From Azolla caroliniana (taxonomy: Eukaryota; Plantae; Polypodiophyta), in contig JBHGNT010000022.1 in the NCBI GenBank assembly GCA_043228905.1, positions 434,001 through 498,000 on the forward strand: a stretch of DNA of 64,000 nucleotides, read 5' to 3'. Positions within the stretch are counted from its first letter, which is position 1. Every line of letters starts with the position of its first letter. The position numbers and the translations under genes were made by a program. Shown here in pieces: positions 23,665 through 35,800 of the stretch. The notes beneath the pieces were generated by a model, which saw only the letters and a list, made by a program, of their open reading frames with translations, did not search any database and was not told the origin of the DNA.

Positions 23665-24128
23665 CCATTACCCGTTGTTCACTGCTCTATGCAGGAATCG
23701 TGGTAACCAAAACTATGTTCATCCTAGGCTGGACTTAGCCACAAACACAGGGTGTCCGTTCTGGAACACTTCTCCCGATTTCGATCTAACTATTCTTGGA
23801 TGCCCTCCGGATTACTTAATACGCAACCGATTGCTTATAACACGCGTAAGATTAATAGTTTAAGCATAGAACGGCAAGTACACAAGGAACAATAGAATTA
23901 AGAACAAAAACACACTAGTCTCTTATTACTTCCATTAATCTTTTACATCGATTCTGAACCCTTTTATATGCATCTGGTATAGCTTACAAACCTTACCGGC
24001 TACTGACTATCAATTGGTGCGGATCCGGATCCGTTCATTCCTATAATATTACTTAACTAATGCTAATAATTATATTATTATACTCCGACTTTCTGACTCA
24101 TCCCCGTTCACATTACTCCTCCGGAACA

Positions 24129-26423
24129 CTCTTTAGGCCAACAATGTTCTTTGATTGCTTGAAAGCTCTTGTGGTCTACTCAATCTGGTTGAGATCGAAC
24201 TCTCCTCGGGTATTGACCTTAGTTGATCATTGTCCTCTGTGTCGTCAAGGTCAACCAGAAATGGTTTGGGTGGAGTCAGTTCAGGTTTGTACCAAGATGT
24301 TGATTCGTCAAAGATTACGTCTCATCCCGACTTATTCGAACCTTCCGAATAGAGGGAAAGATCCATGTGTGCCTGGAGAAGTCGTTGATAAAGGTAACAT
24401 AGTAGTGACATCCTCCGAATGTTGCCGTTTGAGCAAGTCCCCACACATCTAAGTGGATTACGTCCAGTAGGCCTTTGCTCACTTTCCTCTCTTTCAGGAA
24501 CGGGTGCCGATGTTGCTTGTCGAATTGGCAAGCTTCACATACTCCTTCAATCTCTTTCTCTTTGAATGTAGGGAGTCCGACAAAGAATCCTTTTGATTGC
24601 ATCCCCTTGAGCTTTTTGAGGTTGATATGGCCGATTCTTTTATGTCATAGCTCTATATCGGTGTCGGCTTTATGGCCCTTTGCGAACATGGCCAATTTTA
24701 CCTCGTTTGACTCGAGGATAAACATTCGGCCTTCCCGTCGACCACAAGCAATGAGTCGGCCTTCCTTCTCAATGAAGCAACCACCTTGGTTGAATCGAAC
24801 TTGCATGCTTTGCTCAACAATTTGGCTAACCGAGACCAAATTCTTCATTATGGTCAGTACATGCAAGACGTTTTTGATGCAAGTTAGTTCGCCTTCTTTC
24901 CCGAATGGGACATTGCTGACATGTTGAATCGGATGTGTAGTGTTGTCATCTTCGGTCTCAACATAGTCGGGTCGATCTAGCTCTCGTAGGTCTCGGAACC
25001 ATTCTTGATGTGACATCATATAGTTTGATGCTCTGGAGTCAACAAAGCATACGTCTTCCGGATTAGAGGTATTGGTCAGGCTGGAGGAGTTCACTCTATC
25101 TCTCATTACGAATAATCCACCATAGTCGACGTATTTGGAGTTGATGGCATAATTGGGGAGTTGTCGTCTTGTAGAAGACAACTCACTATTCTTCTTTCGA
25201 CACTCCTCTTCATGGTGGCTGATTGTGCCACAATATCCACATTTGATGGGATTGTTTTGTTGGCTTGGACTGGCATGGAAGCTCCCCCTTCTTTCGAGCG
25301 TTCCTCTTGAGTTTCCACCATCTTGCCGGTAATGGGAGTTGTTTTCATAGGTCGAAGCTCGTCTGCCTCGTCCTTGGCTGAATTGGCCTCTTCTTGCATG
25401 ACTGCGTCCTCTTCCTCCATCCGAGTGTGTGTAGAGCATGTGGCCTTCCAAGGCATTGCTCCTTGTTGAAACATGGTTTTCTTCAACCAACAATATTGAT
25501 TGAAGATCGAAGAAAGAGGGAGGATTCTCTCTTGCTTGTGTTCTCATGACGCCAAATTGTGGTGCGAGGCCGCTTAGGCATATTTGCACCATCTCATCAT
25601 CCTCCACATTGATGCTTATTGAGCCGAATGAATCACAAAGCTCCTTGATCTTCAAGGTGTAGTTTGTGATGGACATGTCCCTTTGTTGGATGTTGTTCAA
25701 CTCTTGGCAGAGTTGAAGCTTTCTTGCGGTTGTGTTGGCCCGAAAAATCTTCCTTAGATTCTCCCACGCTTCCTTCGGTGTCTTGGCTTCTCAAATGTAG
25801 CCGAGCATGTGGTCATGGACACATGTCACCAAGCAATACATTACTCGACTAGTCGCTTGCTCCCATGTTGAGTAGTCGGCGTCCTTTGGGTTGAGTTTGT
25901 TTTCTTGAGCTCCTTTGATGTGGCACTACGATAGCGGATAGCCGGATTTGTCGTCGTCATATCAAACACACAATCACTATAAGTCAGGTGGGCTTAATGG
26001 ATATGCTAAACCACATGCTTTGATACCATGTAAATAATTAGCTAGAGTAATTATGTTATTCGGAATAGATTAGAGATGTGTGTTATGTGTGTGTTGAAAG
26101 AGGAGCGAAGCGACACACGATAGATAGGAAAATAAAAAGACTCAAATGTATATTAATAAGGAGTAAGAAATACAATAGAAAACAACTAAGTACAAAAGAG
26201 GGAGAAAGGTGCTTTATATAAAGTCACCCTCTCCCTACATTCTCTCACTGAAGCTCATGTGTCATGGGGAATGTGAAAACTCATTAGTTATGTGTCATAA
26301 AATATGATTCTATGACACATAGTTAATGTTGGAGAGTTAGTGGTGACCTTTGACCTTTGATTGCTTATACATTCTCAAAGGGTGTATTCACACATTAGGC
26401 TAGGTTGAGTTTGATTCTCAACA
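24129..26423 (-). mobile_element. Copia family C (C1), 5' part: LTR 26029-26423, Met-i PBS 26017-26028, gag-PR, internally deleted integrase
   Basis: LTR TGTTGAGAATCAAACTCAAC...TTTACA followed directly by TGGTATCAAAGC. ORF 24645-25700 has CGYCGTISHHEEEC and FVDSRAS, and matches the gag at 45350-46500. Confidence 0.9.
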
Positions 26424-27990
26424 AATTTCCCAAAAATTTAGCACATGCATGTGTTTCTCTTGTGTTTAGAGAAATTGTTCAGTAACGTCCTATATACTTC
26501 TCTTTCTTTGAATAAGCCTTTAAATTGGTAGTTATGCAAATGTTTTTGATAATTCTCGTTATCCTTGACTACATCCAAAATAATAAGGCACTTTCGAGCT
26601 TCATGACATTCTTTATCAAACCATTTTTTCTTTGAACTACATTTTTTGATTCATTTCCAAGATGTGTGACTTTCTTGAAAGCTTCCCTTTTGCATTCTAG
26701 TATGACACCATGTTGCATCTTTGTAACGTATCCTCAACCATCTTGGAATACATGGGCGCTTGCTTAAGGTTCGTGCTCAAGTGCAATTGTTCATTATCTT
26801 CAATGACCTTCTCATATTCAACCTATGCATACATTTAAGTTCTATGATCGGATTTCGATGTCAATTCACCAAGTGATAATTTATGCATGCGATCCCAAAT
26901 ACATGTAAAAAAAACCATTAGTGTTGGGCTATAAGCATAGATTGACACATGCGTGATATTCGTGATATTCTCCATGCGCAATATTCTCAATATTCGAGAA
27001 TACGAAATGGCCCCAAGAATATTAGAAAACCATTCGTTTTGCAAAATAAATATAAAATATTTATTTATTTATTTAAATAAATTTATTTCACCAAAAAAAG
27101 AATTATTATATGAAACTTATTTTAATTAATCAATTAATTAATTCCTTTTTTTAAAACGAATATTTTTATATTTATTATACAAATATGATTAGTATGAACT
27201 TTGAAGATATGATTAGTTTGAAGTACTATTTTTAATGTCAAAATAAAAATATCCATAAATTTTGAGGGAATAAAAAATGAGAATTTAATGAGCCTTTATT
27301 TTATTCTATTTATTTATTAAAAATAAAATGAATACTTATAACTTATAAGTTATACATTTATTATAAAAATTTAGTAGTCTCAAATCCCAAGTCTATCTTT
27401 TATTATCCCTATTTATTGTCAAGTTCCTTTTTTTTTATCCTAGGAAATTAAAAAAGACAGAGTTTTTTTGTTTTTTTAGTTAAACGAATACTTGACCACC
27501 CATTCGTATTCATATTCGTTTGCATTTGAATGGGAAACTCGACGAATGCGAATATGTCAATCTATGGCTATAAGGATGCATCATTTGCAATAAGCATTCC
27601 AGTACCATTGCACATTGATAAGAGTAACTTCCCAAATTGGTTTGGATCTTTTTCATTAAGAGAAGAGCGACTATACATTTGTATATCCTATTGGATCCTT
27701 TGAGATATGTGCCATGAAAGATTGTTGTGCATCAAGTTGGAAACTGCGTTCATGTCACCAAATACAATAACTTCCTTTTTTGGATTGGAAATAAGCAATG
27801 CCATCTTCTAGATTATCATTTGGTGTTTCTATTTTGATTCATATGAAGCATTATCACCAAATATTTATCTATTTCCTTATTAATCAAACATGCCACTCCT
27901 TCATTGTCTTGGATTTTTCACCCATATTAAAATGTGTACATTGTAGTTTTCTAACACTTGAATCCTTTGAATGTCATGCTCCCATGTTTA
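26424..27990 (-). mobile_element. Degenerate non-LTR retrotransposon (RTE/RTEX-like) ORF2 5' fragment: AP endonuclease and linker
   Basis: EVIVFGDMNA..NQFGKLLLSMCNGTGMLIAND..SKSDHRT..KKWFDKECHEARK, interrupted by the MITE at 26936-27566. Confidence 0.7.
26936..27566. mobile_element. hAT-type MITE, 631 bp, 8-bp TSD GCTATAAG
   Basis: TIRs CATAGATTGACA/TGTCAATCTATG, TSD at 26928-26935 and 27567-27574, AT-rich non-coding interior. Confidence 0.92.
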
Positions 27991-27999
27991 AAAGAGAAG

Positions 28000-28600
28000 T
28001 ATATGATATCTCAATCGTATTCCATGGGCATCCGTTGCAATTCTAAAAGCATAGTTGTAGGAGATTTGAATTAGTCCCATAGATCACGTGTTCCTATTAT
28101 TTATCTTTTTGTCTTTAGGCATATCCTCAACCTTATTTTCAACTTTTCTTCATATGATTTATGACAACCATTTTTTTGTGGGATGGCGATCTTCACTCAT
28201 AAAGCACTATGTACCTTTGAAATACACCCATAATACAATCTTCACTCATGAAGCATTGTGTATACCTTTGAGGTACACCCAACAATTTTTTAGTATGCGC
28301 TTTGTATTGTCTGACATTGTGCATACAATAGGCCTTGTGTATCATTTGTCATCCGAGTAACACCATGTTTCTGAACCTACTTGTGCCCCATACACATTCA
28401 CATTCGACAAATCATAATGCACACTAAAGAATATATGGGTGACCTTTTGGAGGGATGCAGAGTGTTTCCATTCTCTCTTCTTTAGTCCCACAGATGACAA
28501 TGTTCTTTGAGCGTTGTTCACATTCTTTCGATTCATAGACATCTATGCATTCTATATTCCCTCTACATTCTTCTCTTGATCCATCGCATGCATAATAGAC
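28000..28600 (-). pseudogene. Possible highly decayed Mutator (MuDR) transposase remnant
   Basis: Scattered motifs EWKHSASLQK..F..Y, KWLS.I..KV..MPKD and GLIQISYNYAFR resemble the MuDR N-terminal region. Weak support. Confidence 0.35.
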
Positions 28601-28922
28601 GAGTTCGATGCCACACCACATACATCAGCTAATGACTTTGTTGTGCATACATTTTTTCATCTCACTCACATTCTCCTTTGTTGTCCATGTTTTCCTCCTT
28701 TAGTGCTTCCTTTTTACTCAATCTTGTTTGATCACTCATTTGTTTCTAATGAGCCTCATCTTTGCTTTCTTACATTCTTGAATCTCACCATAAAGTTTTG
28801 CAACCGTTTTTTATTAAGACCCTCTTCTCAAATAACAACAATATGTAGTTTTGCATTCTCCTTCATGAGTGTCCTAATCTCATCACCTTGCTTGTTTATA
28901 TGGTTTCCTGAAGAGAAATCAA

Positions 28923-29110
28923 GCGACTCATAACCATTGTCTCCATTTGCAGTTGAATATGTTGCATTCATATCTGGAATCATTAGCGGTTCATAAGCAT
29001 CGTCTCCATTTGCAGTTGAATCTGTTGCATTTGTATAAGGAATCGTTGGCGACTCATAAGCATTGTCTACATTTGTAGTTGAATCTATTGCATTCCTATC
29101 AGGAATCGTT
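28923..29110. repeat. About 63-bp tandem repeat, 3 copies
   Basis: GCGACTCATAA.CATTGTCTCCATTTGCAGTTGAAT.TGTTGCATT recurs at about 28923, 28986 and 29049. Confidence 0.85.
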
Positions 29111-29807
29111 GTCGAACTTGGATATTGGATCGTTGGCCCCCCATGATTGTATGACCAAACCTACAAGAAAAGTAAGCTTCAGAAACCAGTAGTAAGCTTT
29201 TCGAGTTTTGATTACAGGAATCGAACCGATCTTCCGAGATCATTTCGTCGATCTTGCAGCGAGCGAGTCTTCGATCCGATCCGAAGCCATAGCTTGTCAA
29301 AAATCAGACCCCGCATGACCAAGTTTTGGCCTATATACATTTGCCGATCGATCGATCGATCGCAACTCAGACTGACCTGATCGATCGATCGATCGCAGCT
29401 TAGATTATTGACCTGAGGAGGAGGAGAATGGGCCATTTTGGTAAATAATGGAAACCTCTCTCACCTGCAGGAGCTGCAGGAGCTGCAGGTGGAGGTGAAG
29501 GTGAAGGTGCTGCAGGTGCCTTTTCATTCCATTATTCCTCCCTCTCTCACCCTTCCCGCGCTTCTTCACTCGGAACCCTAAACCTGCAGAAGCTATGGCG
29601 TGCAAAGGTACGCAACAGGAGAGATGTTCAATCTCTCTTCCCTTCCTTCCTTCCTTCCTTCATCCATGCATTCTTCCATTCCCCGTTCCTCCTCTTCTCT
29701 GTTCTTCTTCACCATTCTCCTTCCTCATTCTTCCTATTTTCGTTCATTCATTCATTCTTCTTCTCCTCTCTCTCTCTCTCTCTCCGACTGATCGATTCAA
29801 AAGTCTC

Positions 29808-32800
29808 ATGAATTCAACGTTTTCCGCAGAAATAGTAGCTGTAGATCAACAGATCTCTCTCATCGATCTTGTCAGCCGATCGCGCTGCACTGGATTTCCT
29901 TTTCTTGTTCCAAAACGCTGCCTGAGGATAACGGAAGCTTCTCTGGTAAGCTGAAATTACTCTCTAACAAGGCTAAGTCTTGTGTCTGGTAAGATTAAAT
30001 CCTCTCTTGTATTACTAAAAAATGTATCCGCTAAGGTAAGCTTACACGTTTTATTTGGTAATCCTAAGTGTTCTCTGGCAAGCTTTGTTTTTACTAATAA
30101 GCTCACGCATCCGGTAATCCTTTACTGAACTATCCTCATAGTCTGATTGGATCGTTTCTTATCATAACGACTTGATCTTGATTATTTCTGTACAAAATCT
30201 AGCTGATTAATGGTGAGATGTTGAACCCAACAGATTGTTCGCTTACAGTTGCTTATACATCAATTTAAACTATGTTTGTAATGATGGTCAAGGATTTAGC
30301 TTATGACCTTTTAAAACTGGTTGACAATTGTCATATCATTATTTGAATCGATGGTCTTGCTCAACATTACATGATGGTTGAGCCTGTAGCTCATTGTCTG
30401 TCAAAAGTCCTTTAAAACTGTGATGCCTATATTTAAAGCAATGGTCTTGTTCAACACAACATGATTAAACCGAAGGTTTCAGCTGATAGAAAGGATGGTC
30501 TTGTCCGACAAGACATGGTGGCAAAGGGTTTAGCTTATCAGCTGTTAGTAACGATTTGCTTGTGCAACACAACATGATGGTCACAGTTTCATCTAATCAG
30601 TCTTCAAACTTGTTGGCAAGTGTTTATTGTACCTGCCATATTTGAAACTATGGTTTTGGTCAACATGGCATAGAATAGAATAGATGTTTTATTACCATCC
30701 ATGATGAGGGGAATTTTGACCTATTGGACCAAATCAACATATCATCTTGTATGTGCCTCTTTTCTAAGAAGGGGGATTACTACTCTGTAGTAAAAACTCT
30801 CTATGCGAAAATAATGCATGCACATATGTGCTCACCCTTCTTAGAGGACATTTGAGTATGGCAGTCACATATCATGCCCGCCTAACAAGTCATCATATTT
30901 CTCGTGAATTACCTTTACTTATATGATGAACATGCGACAAGTAAGTGCTATTCATCCTCTACGAGGTTTTCATTGCATATCTCCATATTTGGGTGATGAT
31001 GCCATGATGCTACATCAACACCTAACTTGTGTGAGCGAGTTCGAAGAAGTGTTGAGGCTCTCTAAGGGCCAAGCCTCATGGGGTCTGGGATATGTGATTA
31101 GATATGTTATGGCATTTTTACCTTGTATTGGGGCTGAAGTGGGGGTTTAATATTTGCAATGTAATATTCCAATTTTGACATTTTAATATCTTCCCACTTC
31201 ATCCTTAGTGCCTCTAGTAATATATCCTCAATGATCACATACTTCATAGCATCACCTGGGCGCTCCAATAGATCTTTTACTCACCATCTCGTAAACCATT
31301 TCATAAGTCAAGCACCCAGACAAATGAGAGGGTTTTGCTCTTATGAGTTTTTTGTACTTTGCATCCTATGTTCCCAGCTTGTTTGGGCAATCTATGATCA
31401 GGCATATTCTTGACTTTTGTGATACACATGTATACTCTTTGCATGGCTAGTACCTCTATGGGCTGAGCACCTGTTTCAAATAGTGTGATAGAATAGGATG
31501 TTGAAGATTTTACCCCCAATTGTCTACTTAAGAACATATTTTCTCTATTTCATTCCATGCATTAAGTGAGATAGTGCCACCCCACACTTCCATTAAGCAA
31601 CACTTGAACCGCCATAGCATTGAATAGCGTCAATCTCACTTCCCATCCTCGAGTATCAATGATGACCAACGATTGGGTTAGTCACTGTTGAAAACTGTTA
31701 TTGCTAATCTTACTCAATATGACATGACTGTCAAGAACTTAACCAATAATCATTTAAACTTATAGACAATGGTTATATTCGATGATTTATTTATTAAATC
31801 AATGTTTTCCAGGTATGTGATGTCCTTAAAATGGTGCAAGGATACCCTAGCAATTCCTTTTCATGGGATGAAGAAAGCTCGCTATTCCGTTTTCAAGACG
31901 GTTTGCATCTTTCCCATCTGTCTCAATCGAGCCTCAAACGACTTCTTGCTCGATTCATTAATACTTCTTCTAGCTTACGGAGGGTCCATTCCTTCATCGA
32001 AAGAGTCACACAAGCTTCTTGTAATATTGGACCATTATACCTACAAGCATCTCCTACTTTACAAGCCTTTGCAAGCATGGTTTCACTTCGACTTGAGGTA
32101 ATGTAGTCTTTTATTGATCTTCTCATGCTTTTTTTGTTTCTTTTTTCAGTATTTCTAATAACGTCATCAAAAACTATATATATGTCCTTACAATGAAGGA
32201 CAATTCTTGAGAGATAAACAGGGTACCGGAGGAAATTCTACTAATTATTTTGGTTGTTTTCCAAGATGAAACGACATTTCTAGATGCAATTTCCAGTTTG
32301 GCCTCAGAGGTCATTGAACCTTGTAAGACACTAATATATCTGTATTTCTTTCCAACTGCCCCAATACTAGTCCTAAGCTACTCCTCCCATTACAGTCTCA
32401 TTATTTATCCTTAGCATTTGTTACTTACATCTATTTGATAATCATGTTCATCATTTGATCAGCTCATTGGTTTACCCTTTGCCTCAATAGAGACGTTTCT
32501 TTCTTTCATTTTGAATAACCAAAGGATACATGCATAGGGGACATTTTTTGTCACATAGGCTGGTTTTAGCATCTAGTAGACATAAAAAACACTTTCTTTC
32601 TTTCTTTCAATCTCAGAATTTTTTTACTAATGTACTCTATTCATATCTATTTTGGTTATTCACCAAGATGAGACAAATGTTTCAGATGTAATCTCTTCTT
32701 TTGTCTCATAGATCATTTTGGTCTTAAGAGATGCTAATATATCATCCTTTTGTTTTCTCTCGCTAACTTCAAGAAGTTATTCTACAGCAACTAAGGAAGG

Positions 32801-35800
32801 CTGCACTGGAGTTGGAAATGGTTGCTGTTCAAGGTGGTGGTGGGACTTCGGTCACATTGTTAAGCCTCATTGAAAGTTTATCCTGGTAAGATGAATGACA
32901 GTCAATGTTGCTCATATGCTGGTACGCCTATTTATAATGAATTTTAAAATGATTGCTTTGTGAGAGCAGTTCCATTTCTTTTCATTACTGGATTTTCTTT
33001 TTCATGCTTTTAATACTTTTGATTTGAGCTGCAACATCCATTTGTGTCTATTCTGTTTTTGAGAATCTATTGATGTTATAATTGTGTATATGATATGGTT
33101 GGCAGATTCAAATTGTTTCCCTTTATATGAACATGCGTTATATCTTGCTAGATAGTGTCATGGTTTCCCGATCTCATGATAAGATACAAAGAAAACTTAG
33201 TTTCACTGGTTGTGTTTAGGAGTTTACTCTTAGTCTTGAACTTATAATGACATGAGCAGGGCCAACACATTTCATGGTTAAGTCGATGATCATGTACATA
33301 TCACGAGGAGCACTTCTGTAGTTAATTAAGTGTAGGACGTGTGAATGCATCATGCAAGTGCTGAATCTAAAATATAAAACTTAAAGATTTCAAGAGCTTT
33401 AATAATCATGTAATGAGGAAGAAATATGCCAATTGAATTCCACACTTCATGAGACTCCGAGAAACCTTTTGAATGTGATAAGACTGTATGATGCAACTCA
33501 CAAATTTCTCTGATGTGGACTTTACATTCAATTGATCAAATTAGAGACAGGGTTTTTGCAGGTGCAGAATTTCTAGAGCATGTAGTAAATGAGGCAATTC
33601 CTCATAGACATATTCTTTGTGAAAATGGAATATCAGCAGGGGAGTTATCAGCTTATATTCTTACATTTCTTCACAACAAGATGTCCGAATTTTGTTTGCT
33701 TCAAGATGGAAAAGTATGTCAACACATTTTATGAAGGGAATATCTAGCTTGGAGAGTAAACATCACTATATTTGATTACACTATTGTTACGTACAGGAAG
33801 AGCCATATGGCACTCTAATTATGCTGTTTGCTGGCAGCTTACAACCATTGACAGAGTTGCTGAACTCATGGTTACTTGAAGGTGTTCTTGATGATCCTTT
33901 TGGCGAGGTTCATTTTTTAATTGAAGCTGAATCTATTATAGAAGGGAAAAACTCCGAAGCACCCTTGTTTTTCTCAATTTCCTCAAATGCTCCCAAGTTT
34001 TCCTTTTTCTTTCTCCCTTCCAGGAGTTTACAACGGCAATTGGGGAAATAACAAAAACTTAAGGACATTTGGGGAAATAAAGAAAACTTCAGTGTATTTC
34101 AGTTTTTTCCTGTACAGAAAATAATTTAAGCTCGTCTCCCTCCCGTTGGTCTGTTCTTCATTGATTTTTTGGAAATATTTTACTGTTTCAGCTGTTTTTC
34201 TATAAGAATAAATCTGTTGCAATAGAAGATGCAACATTCTGGCAGCAGGGTTTCTATATGCGCGATTTTAATCCAAGAAAACAGATGGGAGATAGACCAG
34301 AAAGAGTAACTGATGGTGGAGATATTCCATCAACAACCATCTTGGATGGACTTATCATAGATTCTCAAAATTTGTCATCTACTATGGTACATTTAGAGAA
34401 TGCAAATCTTGTGGAATTTACAGATCTACAGAATAAACTTGCATGTCCTAATTTTCTTCAACATATTGCCAAATCAATAGTATCTGCTGGAAAGTCACTT
34501 CAACTTTTGCAGCATGTCCATCATGAGATTGCAACTGATGTTAGCGATAAACTATCATTGGATGCCTCATATGTTTTGCCTTTAACGAGTACTTATCGTT
34601 CTTCATATCAGTCATCTTCTAAACAGCAGAAGAGTGGTTTAGGACAGGAAAGAATATATTCTTCCATAGCCGAGGCTTCTTATAACAGTAGTTTGTTTGG
34701 AACTTTATGGCATCAGTGGAGTACACATGTTTGTAAAGATGTACAGGCAACACCAGTAATCTCAAGTAATAATGATGCTGATATATTGACGATAGCTATT
34801 GAAGAGAAAAAATCACCTCCTTTTTGCCATTCTCCCATATTAATGGATCCAACGTATGACAAAGATATTTTGTCCCTAAATCGATCTATTATACTTCCCC
34901 CTCTGAATGATGAAGATGTTCATAAAGCTATTCTCCTGCATGCAAAATCTGGTGATGATGATTGTTCAGGGGACGACATTCCGATTCTAGACACAGAAAA
35001 TATTAGTGAATTGCATGGCAAAATCAGGCTTCTAAAAGGTACCGATTATGCTGACGGCTCTGCTTGTGGAAGTCTGACTGTAGAGCTTGCAAAGATAGAT
35101 TTCAAAGCAATGGAACAGCTGTTTCCTTTTCCAACAGCTTTACCATCTTTCAGGGTATCTTCACTTTTCTCTTTACTTTTGGAAATAATATAGCAATTTT
35201 GGATTAAGAGTTGAATTTTGGAAAACAATGGTATGAGTTTTTCCCCTTTACCTTTTTGAATATTTGGAAAATAAATGTAGGAGGGATGGAATATGTTTAG
35301 CTCGGATCCACTGAAGCAGCAGAATAAATTTGCTACAATGCTGGGCAATTCTCTAAAACAGGCTGAGTTGAGAGTGGCACCGCTGCCCCAAATACTTGTG
35401 CAAGAATGTTTAATCAACTCTATCCAAAAACAAGTAAAATTTGACTCTTGCTCTATGTATGTGGATTCTTAAAAAGTTGGAAAGTTTGTTACAAAACGGT
35501 CTAGTTTAGTTTATCCAATAAGTTTTTATACCGATATTATCTTCTGTATTTATTTGTTGGAGGAAAGTTAATAGTGATTTATTTAAGAACCAGATTAAAT
35601 GCAAAAGTAAACTCAATAAGAAATACCAGCTCTAAGTTTTATTTTTACTAAATTTGTATTTTTTATCTCAATAGGTAGACAATGTTGGTAAACAAGTGCT
35701 TAACCGACTAATGGGTGAATGGAGGCTTATGGAAGAACTGTTTATCTTACGAGCAGTTTATTTGGTTGGGTCTGGTATGATGTTTATTCTTTATGCAGTC

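Larger units (their letters stand above)
12438..24128 (-). mobile_element. Degenerate Ty3/gypsy retrotransposon (G1): 5' LTR 23716-24128, gag1, gag2-PR-RT-RH-INT; 3' LTR absent; interrupted by 17909-21832
   Basis: LTR TGTTC...GAACA with a minus-strand TATAAAA, and PBS-like TGGTTACCACG at about 23699-23709. Gypsy domain order: PR (IVNGGSGVNVIS), RT (FLDGFNDY..VFLDDFAVY), RH (FHMFVDES..YSTTEQEAL), INT (WGLDF..TDYCTKWVEA..NGLVESTNK). Many stops. Confidence 0.88.

Noticed and set aside
29595-29807. Extended N-terminus of GCP5 from ATG 29595
   Set aside because: CT-rich sequence typical of a plant 5' UTR; similarity to GCP5 begins only after ATG 29808.
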